From positions 1 through 33,424 of the IMG/VR virus record IMGVR_UViG_3300010376_000093: DNA of 33,424 nt. One strand, written 5' to 3'. Position numbers and translations under genes: made by a program. The notes beneath the pieces were generated by a model, which worked only from the letters and a program-made list of their open reading frames with translations, was not told the origin of the DNA and did no database searches. Below, in pieces: positions 15,823 through 25,654 of the stretch (the stretch's first letter is position 1; every line of letters begins with the position of its first letter). Source of the stretch: a virus (Duplodnaviria; Caudoviricetes).

Positions 15823-17277
15823 TTATTTTTCAGGTAATAACTGCCAGCCACCATCAGGTTCTTTAGCAACTTTACCCCAAGTCTTCTTACCCTTATCATC
15901 CATAAGAGCTATAGAAGATCCTTGCAGAGCATTAAATATAGCTCGTGAAGCAATCTGCTTGTTCATAGATAATTGTTGCCCGCCACTTTCAAGTAGTGAA
16001 GTAAGATATTTAGCTGTCTCTGGAGTACTGGTGAGAATCTTACCCATCGCGGCGGTAGGTATATAAAGAGAACCTACAACAGCACCTTGTGGAACTCCTA
16101 ACATAGTAGCAAGTCCCCCTGCAAGTGAGAATCCACCACCTATATATTTAAGCTTTGCTCCAAGTTCTCCTCCTATAGGTTTATCTTGAACTTGAAGAAC
16201 TTTACCTATAAATTCATCCAGATTCTTCTTAATTCCAGCACCATAAAGATCATTTAGCGATCCTTGTAGTTCTGGCTTATTCCAAATACTGTTAAGAATC
16301 TCAGGATTTACTCTAGCTTGCCCAGGGGCTATTTGTTTAGTAGCTTGATTAAACATTCTAGTCCACTGGTAAGCTTGTAAATCACCACGTAAGTTAGATC
16401 CTGGTGCAGCATATTGTTGTCCTAGACTTAAGTATTTATTTAACTTACCCCGGTTTGAAATTACATCATCAAGTGCCTGGAAAGGATTTTGACCTCCCTC
16501 AAGTAAATTCAAAGCTTCTTGACTAGCATAGTGAAGTTTAGACTGGAATTGTTTAGATCCTGGCTGAACTCCTGGTGTAAGTCCCTCTGCAAGTTGCTCT
16601 CTGATAGACTTATAAAGTTGTGCAGGATCAGCATTAGTTAATAAAGGATCTCTACCATTCATAACTTTAGATAGTTGAAGAGCCTGCATAAAGGATTGAA
16701 AACCACTTCGAGCCTGGGCAGTAGATTTACTTCCAGGTGACCCCAGATCCTCGAATAGTTTAGCTGTGGTTGCAAGTTTATGATACCCGTAGTTCTCTAG
16801 AGCCTGTGAGGTAGTTGGAAACATCTTATAAATCTCAGGCATATTAGCATTACGTATAGCCTGACCAACTTTAAAAACTCTTCCAATAATTCTACCACCT
16901 ACAGCGTTAATAAGAGCATCTCTTTCGCTATCAGTAAGAGATTCACCTAAAGAACCTGGAGGTTCAGTTTTAAGATATTTTAGAGCTGTATCAGCTAGAG
17001 CATACCCTTGTGTTTCAGCACCGAAACTTCCTATAGGCCCACCAACAGCAGCACCTGGGATAGCAGCTAAAGAACCAGCAGTGTTACCTATGAACGGACG
17101 AATAAAATCTATAGTTTTATTTAAAATCGTATCCGGGCTGAAATTAGGACTATTAGCTAGCCCAGGAGCATGTGGGATTCCAAGACTTAGTGGTCTGCTA
17201 GAAGTTCCACCTAGAGGTACAAAACCATCGTCATCATCTGTTATAGTTGGTTTCTTGTCATCCGGATCTAGTGGCAT
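15823..17277 (-). CDS. Putative DNA ejection (internal virion) protein
   Basis: Gly/Ala-rich hydrophobic segments; last of three genes after the nozzle. Confidence 0.65.
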   Translation of the reverse strand: MPLDPDDKKPTITDDDDGFVPLGGTSSRPLSLGIPHAPGLANSPNFSPDTILNKTIDFIRPFIGNTAGSLAAIPGAAVGGPIGSFGAETQGYALADTALKYLKTEPPGSLGESLTDSERDALINAVGGRIIGRVFKVGQAIRNANMPEIYKMFPTTSQALENYGYHKLATTAKLFEDLGSPGSKSTAQARSGFQSFMQALQLSKVMNGRDPLLTNADPAQLYKSIREQLAEGLTPGVQPGSKQFQSKLHYASQEALNLLEGGQNPFQALDDVISNRGKLNKYLSLGQQYAAPGSNLRGDLQAYQWTRMFNQATKQIAPGQARVNPEILNSIWNKPELQGSLNDLYGAGIKKNLDEFIGKVLQVQDKPIGGELGAKLKYIGGGFSLAGGLATMLGVPQGAVVGSLYIPTAAMGKILTSTPETAKYLTSLLESGGQQLSMNKQIASRAIFNALQGSSIALMDDKGKKTWGKVAKEPDGGWQLLPEK

Positions 17278-17287
17278 CTCAAAACTC

Positions 17288-18853
17288 CTACTGCTGTGCT
17301 GGTGTACCTAGAACAGAATACCTCTCAGGGTGTTTCTTTACTTGCTCTGAGTCTATAGTTCCTGGTTGTCCTCTAACCTTATCAAATACTATAACCTTGC
17401 TAGGAGCACTTTGTGCCGGCATGGGAACTTTAGGCGGCGTAAAACCCTTAGGTGTTGGATGTTCCACACCAGGAGCATAAGTAGCATTAGTTAAATCAGG
17501 TAAATTTAATTGAGTTCTATAAAGATCCTGTTGTTTTTGCGGAAGATTTCCTAAACCCTCCCTGAAAGCATCCTGAATATCATGAGTTACAAAGTTATTA
17601 AACTTCTTAGATTCTTCAGAAGCTGATGAAGTCCATATATTAGTATTAGGAATTAAACCTCTGGTAATCTTCTCAGCTTCAGCAGTATTATACCTAGTAA
17701 GCCCAGTAAGAGCTTTAATCATAGTAGGTACTGAAGCTTCTACCCTATCTTTAGTACTACTGAAGTCTCTACTAGCAGGGCTGAATGGTAATTGAAGTTG
17801 TAGCCAGTTATCATTTCTTATTTTATGTAAATTGTATAAATCAGGTAGAACCTTAGCTAGATTATTAAGGTTATCAAAATTCTGCTTCTGCTTATCTGTC
17901 ATGAATTGTATCCCTGCGCCGTCCGCTGCCTGAGAAATCTGCTCAAAATCCTGTGCTTTAGGATACATCTTCTTAACCTGTTCAAGTGTTAATTGACCTT
18001 GAAATCCTCTTTGCAGTAAACTACCAATAACACTAGTATCAGTAGGTTGATAAGTTACATCACCATTCTCATCAGTAACAAAAGTACCCCCGCCAAAGCT
18101 ACCACCTAAACTCATATGAGCCATCTTAGCTATCTGTAGCTTTACAGCATTATTAGTAGCATCTATATCTTTCTGATTCTTTAACTTAAGTTGCTCTAAG
18201 TTTAACTCATGTGCGTTTCGTAGATTCTCTAGATCTTTTTGATTCTGGTGAGTTTCAGCATTAAGTTGTTGTTGTCTAAGAAATTCTGCTGCCTGTTGTG
18301 CTTGCTGTTCCCTAATCCTAGCGGCTTCCTGTTGTCTAGCTACTGTTGCGGCTTGAAGTACCGCTGGACTAGAACTTAACGGCGGCGCAGAATATGTTCT
18401 ACCTGTATTTGGAAAGAATACCTGATTATTTTCTGCCCCTGTCAGAGTTAAAGGAGCTACTTTATTCTCCTGTGGGAAAGTAATTTGACCAGTCTGTGGA
18501 TTAAAAGTTGAAATAGGTGCCTGATAAGGTGGTGCAGGTGCTAGTCCTGGTTGAACTGCTGCACCTGAAGGAGTTATTCCTGTTTGTTGGAAAGCTTGAA
18601 CCTGAGCTAATTCTTTCTGAGCCTGATTAGATTCTGCTTCAGATTTTTGTAACTCAAAAAGTTTCTCAGCAGCTTTCTGTTGGGCATCAAAATGAGCACT
18701 TTCTAGATTTAAAGTATTCTCATGTTCCTGTCTTCTTTCTGCAAGTTCATTCTCCCTAAATTCTTGTTCTTTCTTGAATTGACTTGCAGCTTGAGCACCT
18801 TGAAGACCCCTGAGCCAAGCTTCAACAATCATATTAGCTTGTTCTTGAGCCAT
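17288..18853 (-). CDS. Putative DNA ejection protein (Gln/Ala-rich coiled coil)
   Basis: Long QA-rich helices; position equivalent to P22 gp20 / T7 gp15. Confidence 0.65.
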   Translation of the reverse strand: MAQEQANMIVEAWLRGLQGAQAASQFKKEQEFRENELAERRQEHENTLNLESAHFDAQQKAAEKLFELQKSEAESNQAQKELAQVQAFQQTGITPSGAAVQPGLAPAPPYQAPISTFNPQTGQITFPQENKVAPLTLTGAENNQVFFPNTGRTYSAPPLSSSPAVLQAATVARQQEAARIREQQAQQAAEFLRQQQLNAETHQNQKDLENLRNAHELNLEQLKLKNQKDIDATNNAVKLQIAKMAHMSLGGSFGGGTFVTDENGDVTYQPTDTSVIGSLLQRGFQGQLTLEQVKKMYPKAQDFEQISQAADGAGIQFMTDKQKQNFDNLNNLAKVLPDLYNLHKIRNDNWLQLQLPFSPASRDFSSTKDRVEASVPTMIKALTGLTRYNTAEAEKITRGLIPNTNIWTSSASEESKKFNNFVTHDIQDAFREGLGNLPQKQQDLYRTQLNLPDLTNATYAPGVEHPTPKGFTPPKVPMPAQSAPSKVIVFDKVRGQPGTIDSEQVKKHPERYSVLGTPAQQ

Positions 18854-18855
18854 AG

Positions 18856-19896
18856 TTAACCTCCGACCCGCTTGTCAAGATTCTGAACAGCTCCAACAAG
18901 ATAAGGGATTATACCAGCGTAATTAATAGCTTTATAACCTATAGGGGTTTCTTTAACAAGATCAGGTAGAACTTTCTCCACATCTTGAGCTATAAACCCG
19001 ATATTCTTATCCCCGGACCCGCCGCCCTTCCAAGCCCACTCTGCACTCCTAAGTGCTCTTATTTTATCTATAGCTTTATCTTGTGGAATCTCTTTAATCT
19101 CAGTCTTTAGCCTAGCATCAGATAAGAATAAGAAAGGTAAAACACTGGCTAGAACACTTCCAGCACCACCTAAAGCACCAGCTAATCCTCCAGGTTTAGT
19201 TTGTGTTGAAGTTCCTGTAGTAGCTGATGTTCCTGTCTGCATTCCAGATTGATTTGCTAATGTACTTCCGGTTTGCTGCCCAGTTTGAGTCCCGGTTTGA
19301 GTTTGAGTACTTGTTCCAGCTTGAGTACCTGTGGTAGTTGTTCCTTTAGGTAGCTGACCAAATAAATTACTTGCACCAGCTAGGTTGGCTAACTGTAGCT
19401 GATTAAGTAAAAGTGGTGCTTGTTGTTGCATACCTGTTATTTGATTAATCCTATTCTGCTGTACTCCACCTTGTGCTGTAGCTGCAACAGGACTAGTACT
19501 TAGACCCCTGGAAGCCATGATAGCATCCACAGCTTTACTTTGAGCATCAGCAGCAGCATTAATATTAGCAGTTTGTCCAGCTACATATCCTCCTAAACTA
19601 GGAGCCTGTAATCCTCCAGCCTGACTAACAAGCTTAGACATCAAAGCTTGCTCTTCTGGAGTTAAAACAGCACTAGTAGTTCCTGTAGTGGTTTGCTGTG
19701 TAGCACCACTTATTTGCATCAGAGTCTGAAGAAAGTTAAGTAGATCAGTAGAGCTAGCTGAAGTTCCACTTGTATTCTGAGTAGAACTTGTATTCTGATC
19801 TGTAGTACCTGAAGCGGTAGTTGGTATAGCCCCCGCTGCACCTGCTAGTGCTGCTGCTATTCCTGTATATAATCCTGCATCTGGATTTGGTGCCAT
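18856..19896 (-). CDS. Putative ejection/pilot protein with C-terminal peptidase S74 intramolecular chaperone
   Basis: Thr/Gln/Gly-rich body; SDARLK...GFIAQDVEKVLPDLV...INY..IIPYLV.AVQ.L. Confidence 0.8.
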   Translation of the reverse strand: MAPNPDAGLYTGIAAALAGAAGAIPTTASGTTDQNTSSTQNTSGTSASSTDLLNFLQTLMQISGATQQTTTGTTSAVLTPEEQALMSKLVSQAGGLQAPSLGGYVAGQTANINAAADAQSKAVDAIMASRGLSTSPVAATAQGGVQQNRINQITGMQQQAPLLLNQLQLANLAGASNLFGQLPKGTTTTGTQAGTSTQTQTGTQTGQQTGSTLANQSGMQTGTSATTGTSTQTKPGGLAGALGGAGSVLASVLPFLFLSDARLKTEIKEIPQDKAIDKIRALRSAEWAWKGGGSGDKNIGFIAQDVEKVLPDLVKETPIGYKAINYAGIIPYLVGAVQNLDKRVGG

Positions 19897-19916
19897 ACTT
19901 TCTCCTTCCCTAAAAT

Positions 19917-22900
19917 CTAAATCCCACCGGCTAGTTGACTAGTTATACCAGGATAAGTTATCCACTGTAATTCAGTATCTTTCTGTGCACCACTTATAGC
20001 TACCTGGAATTTCATGTAGTATCTGTTAAAAGTAAACCCGCAGGGACCAAGTTCTATCCTCATAATAGTTCCACTTACACCTTTAGGTAAATCTACAACA
20101 TATTCATCCTCTTTACCCGGGTTTACATTGAAATTACCAGTGTAAGTTGCAGTATCACCTATATAAATCTTGAAAGGTATAGGAGTTCCCTGACTCATAG
20201 TTCTAAGCGCCATCCTGGCTATCTTACCATACCGAAATATTTCTATAGGTCCAACCTGATCAAACTCATGAGCTATAGGTAAATTCTGAACAATATCAGG
20301 ACTTAATCCTCCACTAGTAATACCGTTATCCCAAACTTCCATAAGTCCTGCTGAATCATAAAGTGTCCCACCGTAATCTGTACCAAATATATCTGTAGTG
20401 AAGAAGTGAAATACAGTCTTCTTATATGTTGTATTGAATGTTGTTGATGCCTGTTGAACACCATCAACATCAGGTGTAAAGACTACATTGTTTCCAAGTG
20501 TATCTATAACCAGGGGCCAAGTTCTAAGCCGCTTCTGAGTAGCACTACCCATGTTAGAAGGATAAATACGAAGAAAAGTTAGAGGTATAGGTCTAGCATC
20601 ATAATCTATTGAGAAATCTTCTATACTAAAGTCAGAAGACTGTCCACTTATAGCTATCTGATAAGACTTTGGGCGATTCTGCCCTATAGCCTGCGAAGCA
20701 TCCAAAAACTTCTCTGTAATCACAGAACCAGAAGTTATCGTTCCTATGGAGTAAGAAGCGTTATTCTCATCTATTAACCTAACAGTAAAACTACCCTGCC
20801 CAGTGAAACACCTAGACTTGAAAGTATAAGTATCCTTCCTCTGTCGCGGTTTACCGTTATCTTTATAAGGTAGAAGTAAGTTAATAGTCTGCTGAGTAGT
20901 ATTGTCAACTAGCTTATTACCCTGAATTCCTATCTCCCGTGTTTTTAAATCCCCATAGAAAGCTAAGATTTGTCCATCCTGAGTTGCTGTCACAGCAGTA
21001 GCATCACCCAAGTTATAGTTAAAAGTCCTCCAATATTGCCTAACAAAATCATATACTTCACACCGGCTTGTACCGGTAATAAAACACCAAAGTTTATTCT
21101 GCCCTATAGTTACTGGATAGCGAATACTTCCAGGGGCTATTTGAAGATTAGCCGGAGAGTATCCATAGCAAACTTCACCATTATAGAGCCTATCAAGATT
21201 TGGTGCAACTATAAGTTGGTTATTCTGGTTAGCATAAGTTGTACCAAAACTAGTAGGCATAACCATTCTCCAACCATCACTACTAATATAATATACAGCA
21301 CCACCGTAACTCACAGCATCATAAGTTATAGGGGGAAACTTTACACCAAGAGATTGATAATAAATATCAATAGTGTTATCTGGAAATGTTGTGAAAGTAC
21401 CAGTCAGCAAATAACAATCTACATTAGTTCCTACTACTACCACAGCAGCACTTACAGCTCGTGCCCACATGATCAGCTCACTGGAACTTCCACTAGTCCG
21501 TACTGCAAGTGAAGTATCAACAAGATCAGGATCATTAATATCTGAGGGATACATAAAATTAGTTGTAAAGTAATACCAACGCCCTTCAATAGGTCCGACT
21601 ATATCATAAATTTTATCTGTTATAGAACTAGCTGTGATAGAAACCAGATTTGGATTAACAGTTATATCTAGATTTAAAGCAGTCTGATCTAGAGTATTGT
21701 CCCAGAAAGTTGTAGTTCCTACAGGTACTACTCCTACCCTATACCATTGATTTAACCCACCTATACTCCCACCTGCTGCGGCGTTACGACGGAAGATCCA
21801 AACTTCAGTAATCTGTGGATCAGAAGGTGCAGCCCAAGCTAGTTTAGTTATAGTGTAGTAATCTTGCGTATTTATATTAGAAAGAACAGGCCCTAACACA
21901 GATTTAGCTAAATAAGATCCTGTATTATTTACCCCCATCAGAGCATAATCCCAAATTCCAAGAGGAGTAGCAGTACCACCTTTGAAAGCTATACCACCAG
22001 CTTCCACACCTATGGAAAGTGTCTGTGGTGCAACTCTAGTAGTACTGAAAGAAATCCTAACACCATAAACTGTAGACCATGAGAGTCCAGTAGCAGTACC
22101 ATATCGAGTAAACATTCCACGTTGAATTTTAAGTTGAATACCAGTTGCAAAAATATCGACACTAACTTGATTTGCTCCTCCACCACTTCCTGTATTATAA
22201 GAGTAGTAATCACTAACCTGGTCACCTGTAGCGTTTGGTACATCAAGTAGAAAGTCTATCTGAAATCCATCAGAAGCTAAGTAGAAATTATTAAGTAATA
22301 TATAGACAATATCAGTATCAAGCATAGTACCAGAATTTGAAGCACCAGTCAACTGCGTATAGTTAAAAGGTATACCAGCTACATTGTAAGATTGTACAAT
22401 AGCAACTCCACTAGAATTAGTAGTTAGCTGAAGTAAACTACCACTGGCAGTAGCAGAACCTTGCCCAGGTGGAACTACAATATTAGAGAGATGTGGAATA
22501 AAGTGTGTAAAACAAGTATCATTACCAGCTACACTTGGCACCCCTACAGGTGTTACTCCTAGATTTTCTAAGGTAGTACCTGTATCTTTCCACCTGCTAT
22601 TTCCACTGCAAATCAGTGTAAAGTTAAAAGCTGTTCCAAAAGCAGCATTCTGTGAATCTCCTCCTATCATGATACTAGTGTTATCACGCCAAACACTTCC
22701 ATTCGTAAGAGCAGAATAATCATGTCTAGTACCATTAATATATCTAGAAAATAAAGTATGTGCAGTGGCTGGAAATCCACTTTGCTTTACCCTGGTTCCA
22801 CCTATAAGTTGCAGCGCACCATTCTTATCTAGCTCTAAATTATCCATCTGGAGCATAGCATTAGGCCGTCCATTCACAACGTCATCGCTAGGTGTCCAAC

Positions 22901-22937
22901 CAGCACTAAAGTCTTTAATAAATAAGGTTTCAGGCAC
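19917..22937 (-). CDS. Tail nozzle / head-stabilisation protein (P22 gp10 / T7 gp12-like)
   Basis: Starts IKDFSAG...MDNLELDKNGAL...G; beta-rich, 1006 aa; lies between adaptors and ejection genes. Confidence 0.72.
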   Translation of the reverse strand: MPETLFIKDFSAGWTPSDDVVNGRPNAMLQMDNLELDKNGALQLIGGTRVKQSGFPATAHTLFSRYINGTRHDYSALTNGSVWRDNTSIMIGGDSQNAAFGTAFNFTLICSGNSRWKDTGTTLENLGVTPVGVPSVAGNDTCFTHFIPHLSNIVVPPGQGSATASGSLLQLTTNSSGVAIVQSYNVAGIPFNYTQLTGASNSGTMLDTDIVYILLNNFYLASDGFQIDFLLDVPNATGDQVSDYYSYNTGSGGGANQVSVDIFATGIQLKIQRGMFTRYGTATGLSWSTVYGVRISFSTTRVAPQTLSIGVEAGGIAFKGGTATPLGIWDYALMGVNNTGSYLAKSVLGPVLSNINTQDYYTITKLAWAAPSDPQITEVWIFRRNAAAGGSIGGLNQWYRVGVVPVGTTTFWDNTLDQTALNLDITVNPNLVSITASSITDKIYDIVGPIEGRWYYFTTNFMYPSDINDPDLVDTSLAVRTSGSSSELIMWARAVSAAVVVVGTNVDCYLLTGTFTTFPDNTIDIYYQSLGVKFPPITYDAVSYGGAVYYISSDGWRMVMPTSFGTTYANQNNQLIVAPNLDRLYNGEVCYGYSPANLQIAPGSIRYPVTIGQNKLWCFITGTSRCEVYDFVRQYWRTFNYNLGDATAVTATQDGQILAFYGDLKTREIGIQGNKLVDNTTQQTINLLLPYKDNGKPRQRKDTYTFKSRCFTGQGSFTVRLIDENNASYSIGTITSGSVITEKFLDASQAIGQNRPKSYQIAISGQSSDFSIEDFSIDYDARPIPLTFLRIYPSNMGSATQKRLRTWPLVIDTLGNNVVFTPDVDGVQQASTTFNTTYKKTVFHFFTTDIFGTDYGGTLYDSAGLMEVWDNGITSGGLSPDIVQNLPIAHEFDQVGPIEIFRYGKIARMALRTMSQGTPIPFKIYIGDTATYTGNFNVNPGKEDEYVVDLPKGVSGTIMRIELGPCGFTFNRYYMKFQVAISGAQKDTELQWITYPGITSQLAGGI

Positions 22938-23106
22938 GCGGTGTTGCTACCTTTCCTTTAAGCTGCTGCTCTAACTTCTTTACCCTATCCTCTAAGTTCA
23001 ATATCCGCATCTCCCAACTTTCTTTAATCTGGTTAATATCTGTAACAAATTTCTCAATCTGTTCTGTTTCTACAATCAAGAATTTACTGGCAGGTAGCCG
23101 GATCAT
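22930..23106 (-). CDS. Small coiled-coil protein, 58 aa (not in ORF track)
   Basis: MIRLPASKFLIVETEQIEKFVTDINQIKESWEMRILNLEDRVKKLEQQLKGKVATPRA; GGAGG SD. Confidence 0.7.
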   Translation of the reverse strand: MIRLPASKFLIVETEQIEKFVTDINQIKESWEMRILNLEDRVKKLEQQLKGKVATPRA

Positions 23107-23245
23107 CTAAATACCTCCTGTAGTAACATAAGTTAGGATCAGGTGCTTGTGGTGAAGCAGCCTGTTGTTGAGTATTAGATTCCACTGGTGTATAAGGATC
23201 TTCCAGGTAGCGCCGATAGTAGTAAAGATTAGAATCAGTAGCCAT
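23084..23245 (-). CDS. 53-aa microprotein with duplicated DxNLxYYRRYLxDP motif (not in ORF track)
   Basis: MATDSNLYYYRRYLEDPYTPVESNTQQQAASPQAPDPNLCYYRRYLDDPATCQ; the repeat is conserved at amino-acid level with synonymous codon differences. Confidence 0.8.
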   Translation of the reverse strand: MATDSNLYYYRRYLEDPYTPVESNTQQQAASPQAPDPNLCYYRRYLDDPATCQ

Positions 23246-23909
23246 CATCTATCCCCACACCAAACCGACTAACAGGTAGTATCGGACTATGTGGGAAGAA
23301 CTGACTACTAGTTATACCATTCAGACAGAGCTTCCTACTCTTGTTGTGTATCTCATCCAGAAATACACCATACAGCTCTTTAAGTTGTCCCCACCTCTTA
23401 GTAAAATAGTCCCTATTCTTTAAATTCTGACCGGCGCCTTCTACACCAAAGCACTGTTTCATCACATAAGTCTTAAGTAGCCGGCGCCTAAAGTATTGAG
23501 GTATTGTATAGTTAACATAATCAGGAAGCTGAAAGTACTCTATAATAACATCAGTTGGTATAGCATCACTGTATAGGTTACCGCCGCTTGGATTTATAGT
23601 CTGGTCTGGAATTGGAAAAAACTGAATAGTATTTGCACCTATATTATTAAATATATACCAATAAGGTGTAGATATCTGAGTAGCAAAATTAAAAACCTCT
23701 CTCATATTTCTCTGCCCAAGAGGATCTAGTTTGAACCCTTTCCATGTAATCCGCCGGATACTCCGTATACTGTCTGGTAAGACATACTGAGCCTGTGCTT
23801 GAATTACTGGTAGACTCATTCTAGTGAGAATACAAGGAAAGTCCTCAGCGAATTCATTCTCACCTTCCTGCGAGAATCTGGTTATAGTAGCATCTGTCCA
23901 AAGATTCAC
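23235..23909 (-). CDS. Head-tail adaptor protein (start revised to GTG 23909)
   Basis: Y.LP......RI, PYWY, IQFFPIPD, IEY..LP, IP.YF adaptor pattern; GTGA overlap with the upstream 45-aa gene. Confidence 0.72.
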   Translation of the reverse strand: MNLWTDATITRFSQEGENEFAEDFPCILTRMSLPVIQAQAQYVLPDSIRSIRRITWKGFKLDPLGQRNMREVFNFATQISTPYWYIFNNIGANTIQFFPIPDQTINPSGGNLYSDAIPTDVIIEYFQLPDYVNYTIPQYFRRRLLKTYVMKQCFGVEGAGQNLKNRDYFTKRWGQLKELYGVFLDEIHNKSRKLCLNGITSSQFFPHSPILPVSRFGVGIDDGY

Positions 23910-24043
23910 TTCAGTAATCCTATCAGCGCAAAGAAGAATAGACCTAACCAACCAGGTTGAACTTTCTGGAACTGAACACCGAAGGCTGCCAGCAAGAAGC
24001 ATATCAGTGCCAGGACTAAAAACACCATGTTGACTGCAAGCAT
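23906..24043 (-). CDS. 45-aa two-TM membrane protein (not in ORF track), possibly holin-like
   Basis: MLAVNMVFLVLALICFLLAAFGVQFQKVQPGWLGLFFFALIGLLK; GGAGG SD. Confidence 0.8.
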   Translation of the reverse strand: MLAVNMVFLVLALICFLLAAFGVQFQKVQPGWLGLFFFALIGLLK

Positions 24044-24052
24044 TTTATCCTC

Positions 24053-24766
24053 CTAGAGTCTCAATAAGAGATCTGCCTTGTTATTTCTTTTTACTCTATC
24101 ACTATAATCCTCAACATCAGCTTGGTATGGTCCCCAAAAAGTCTGTGCTTTGTTAAACTCTTGTGCCTGCTCAAGTAAATCCGCAGTAGCATATTTTGTT
24201 ATTGCACTCACTTTATCACTAGCTATTAGGAAGTTGTCACTATCACTAGTTAAAACCGGTGCTAAAGCCCAGTAGTATAGAATAAAACTACCTAACGGCG
24301 TCGTAGCAGAATTATCAACCCAATAAGAATTAGAATCAAAAGCACTCGCTGCAAAAGCCCCATATGTGATATTATTTGCGGAATATTTTGGGCAGATACC
24401 AATATTTTTAAAATCTGAGGGTGCCCAAAATAAAGGTGTTCCAATCCACTTTTCCCAATCACGCCTGATCCTATCAAAATCTTTAAGACTCAAGTCATCC
24501 CGCAACCATAAATTAGTAACCTGATTAAAAATAGCAATAGTACCTAGATAATCACTTACTCCCATGTTATCTTTGAAGTCATAGTAGCTCAAATTACTAA
24601 TCCAATTCAGAGTTACGTTCTTCTGTATACACTGAGTTAGTATAGCAATATCATCATAAGCATCTTGCACACTATTGTTCAGATCATTATCACTATAGAA
24701 GTTATAGTTCAACTCTATTAAGTTGTTTTGTATATCAGACTTAACCTGCCCCCTAGTTTTACCCAT
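24053..24766 (-). CDS. Second head-tail adaptor-like protein
   Basis: T...VK..I...L, YSD.DLN..V..AY, GTP..W, IGICP, YY...P.LTSDSD pattern. Confidence 0.7.
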   Translation of the reverse strand: MGKTRGQVKSDIQNNLIELNYNFYSDNDLNNSVQDAYDDIAILTQCIQKNVTLNWISNLSYYDFKDNMGVSDYLGTIAIFNQVTNLWLRDDLSLKDFDRIRRDWEKWIGTPLFWAPSDFKNIGICPKYSANNITYGAFAASAFDSNSYWVDNSATTPLGSFILYYWALAPVLTSDSDNFLIASDKVSAITKYATADLLEQAQEFNKAQTFWGPYQADVEDYSDRVKRNNKADLLLRL

Positions 24767-24767
24767 G

Positions 24768-25481
24768 TTAGTACCACTCGGTCCACAATGATAAAGTTGG
24801 TGTTCCAGTTACACCTACACGATACCAGTTATTTGCTAATACAACAAAAGTGACTGCTAAGTAGACTGTACCAGCTAAAGTATTATAAACATTAGTAATT
24901 TGAGTTGTAGGGCTAGCAGCCGCATCAGAAAATACTGTAATACCCTGATTTTGAGCACAAGCACTACTCACAGTGACTATCATTGGTTTCCCTGTAGCAT
25001 TTTGGTAATTTCCACCTAAAGCTCTAGATCCTGTTACTACTTGCTGTGCAGCTATAGGAAGTACAGTAGCTGGTAATTGCCCAACAGCTATAGATCCACT
25101 CAAATCACTAAAAGCAGGTTGTGCCCTTAACACCGCGCCGCTGGTATTAACACTAGTAACAAACTGATGAGCTACAGCAGGATCACTAGGTAGTTGTTTT
25201 AAACTAAGTGTTCCACTAATATCTGTAAAGGCAGGTTGAGTTAAGACAGGATTTCCCTGCCCATCTATATAAGCTACCCACTTATGAGGAATTTTACCAC
25301 TTTGCTTAACCCCTCCTAGAGTATTTAATCCAGGTGCTGGTAGATTATTCTGTAATTCATATTGAGTAACATAATCCTGAGCATCCTTAGAATTAGCTGC
25401 ATTAATAACACGTCTACCCTTTAGATCTAAGTCTTTAGTGACTAGCTTATTTACAATATCATTAGTAGTTAGCTGGAGCAT
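24768..25481 (-). CDS. Tail fibre protein with internal 35-aa repeat
   Basis: DLDLKGRRVIN....DAQDYVT; repeat H.(W/F)V..(I/V)...G.....QPAF.D.SG.....QLP x2; C-terminal SRA.G..YQN.TGKP..V.V fibre tip. Confidence 0.72.
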   Translation of the reverse strand: MLQLTTNDIVNKLVTKDLDLKGRRVINAANSKDAQDYVTQYELQNNLPAPGLNTLGGVKQSGKIPHKWVAYIDGQGNPVLTQPAFTDISGTLSLKQLPSDPAVAHQFVTSVNTSGAVLRAQPAFSDLSGSIAVGQLPATVLPIAAQQVVTGSRALGGNYQNATGKPMIVTVSSACAQNQGITVFSDAAASPTTQITNVYNTLAGTVYLAVTFVVLANNWYRVGVTGTPTLSLWTEWY

Positions 25482-25654
25482 AGTTTAGTCCTCTCAGCAT
25501 TAAGCCTATATGTCCCATTAAGTCTCTGTTGTCTACATATAAGTTGTATTATTATAGAAATACGTTTCTCTGCATCTCCAATAATTTCCTGAATAAGACT
25601 AGATTCTTCAGGGCTTAAGAGATATTCAGAAGCTACTTCCAAGCCGGAATCCAT
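25469..25654 (-). CDS. Small hypothetical protein (possible fibre chaperone); likely start ATG 25654
   Basis: Fills the gap between the two fibre genes and overlaps both. Confidence 0.55.
   Translation of the reverse strand: MDSGLEVASEYLLSPEESSLIQEIIGDAEKRISIIIQLICRQQRLNGTYRLNAERTKLCSS

Noticed and set aside
23910-24002. N-terminal 31 aa of ORF 23235-24002
   Set aside because: Better explained by the 45-aa membrane gene in another frame, with a GGAGG SD and a GTGA coupling.
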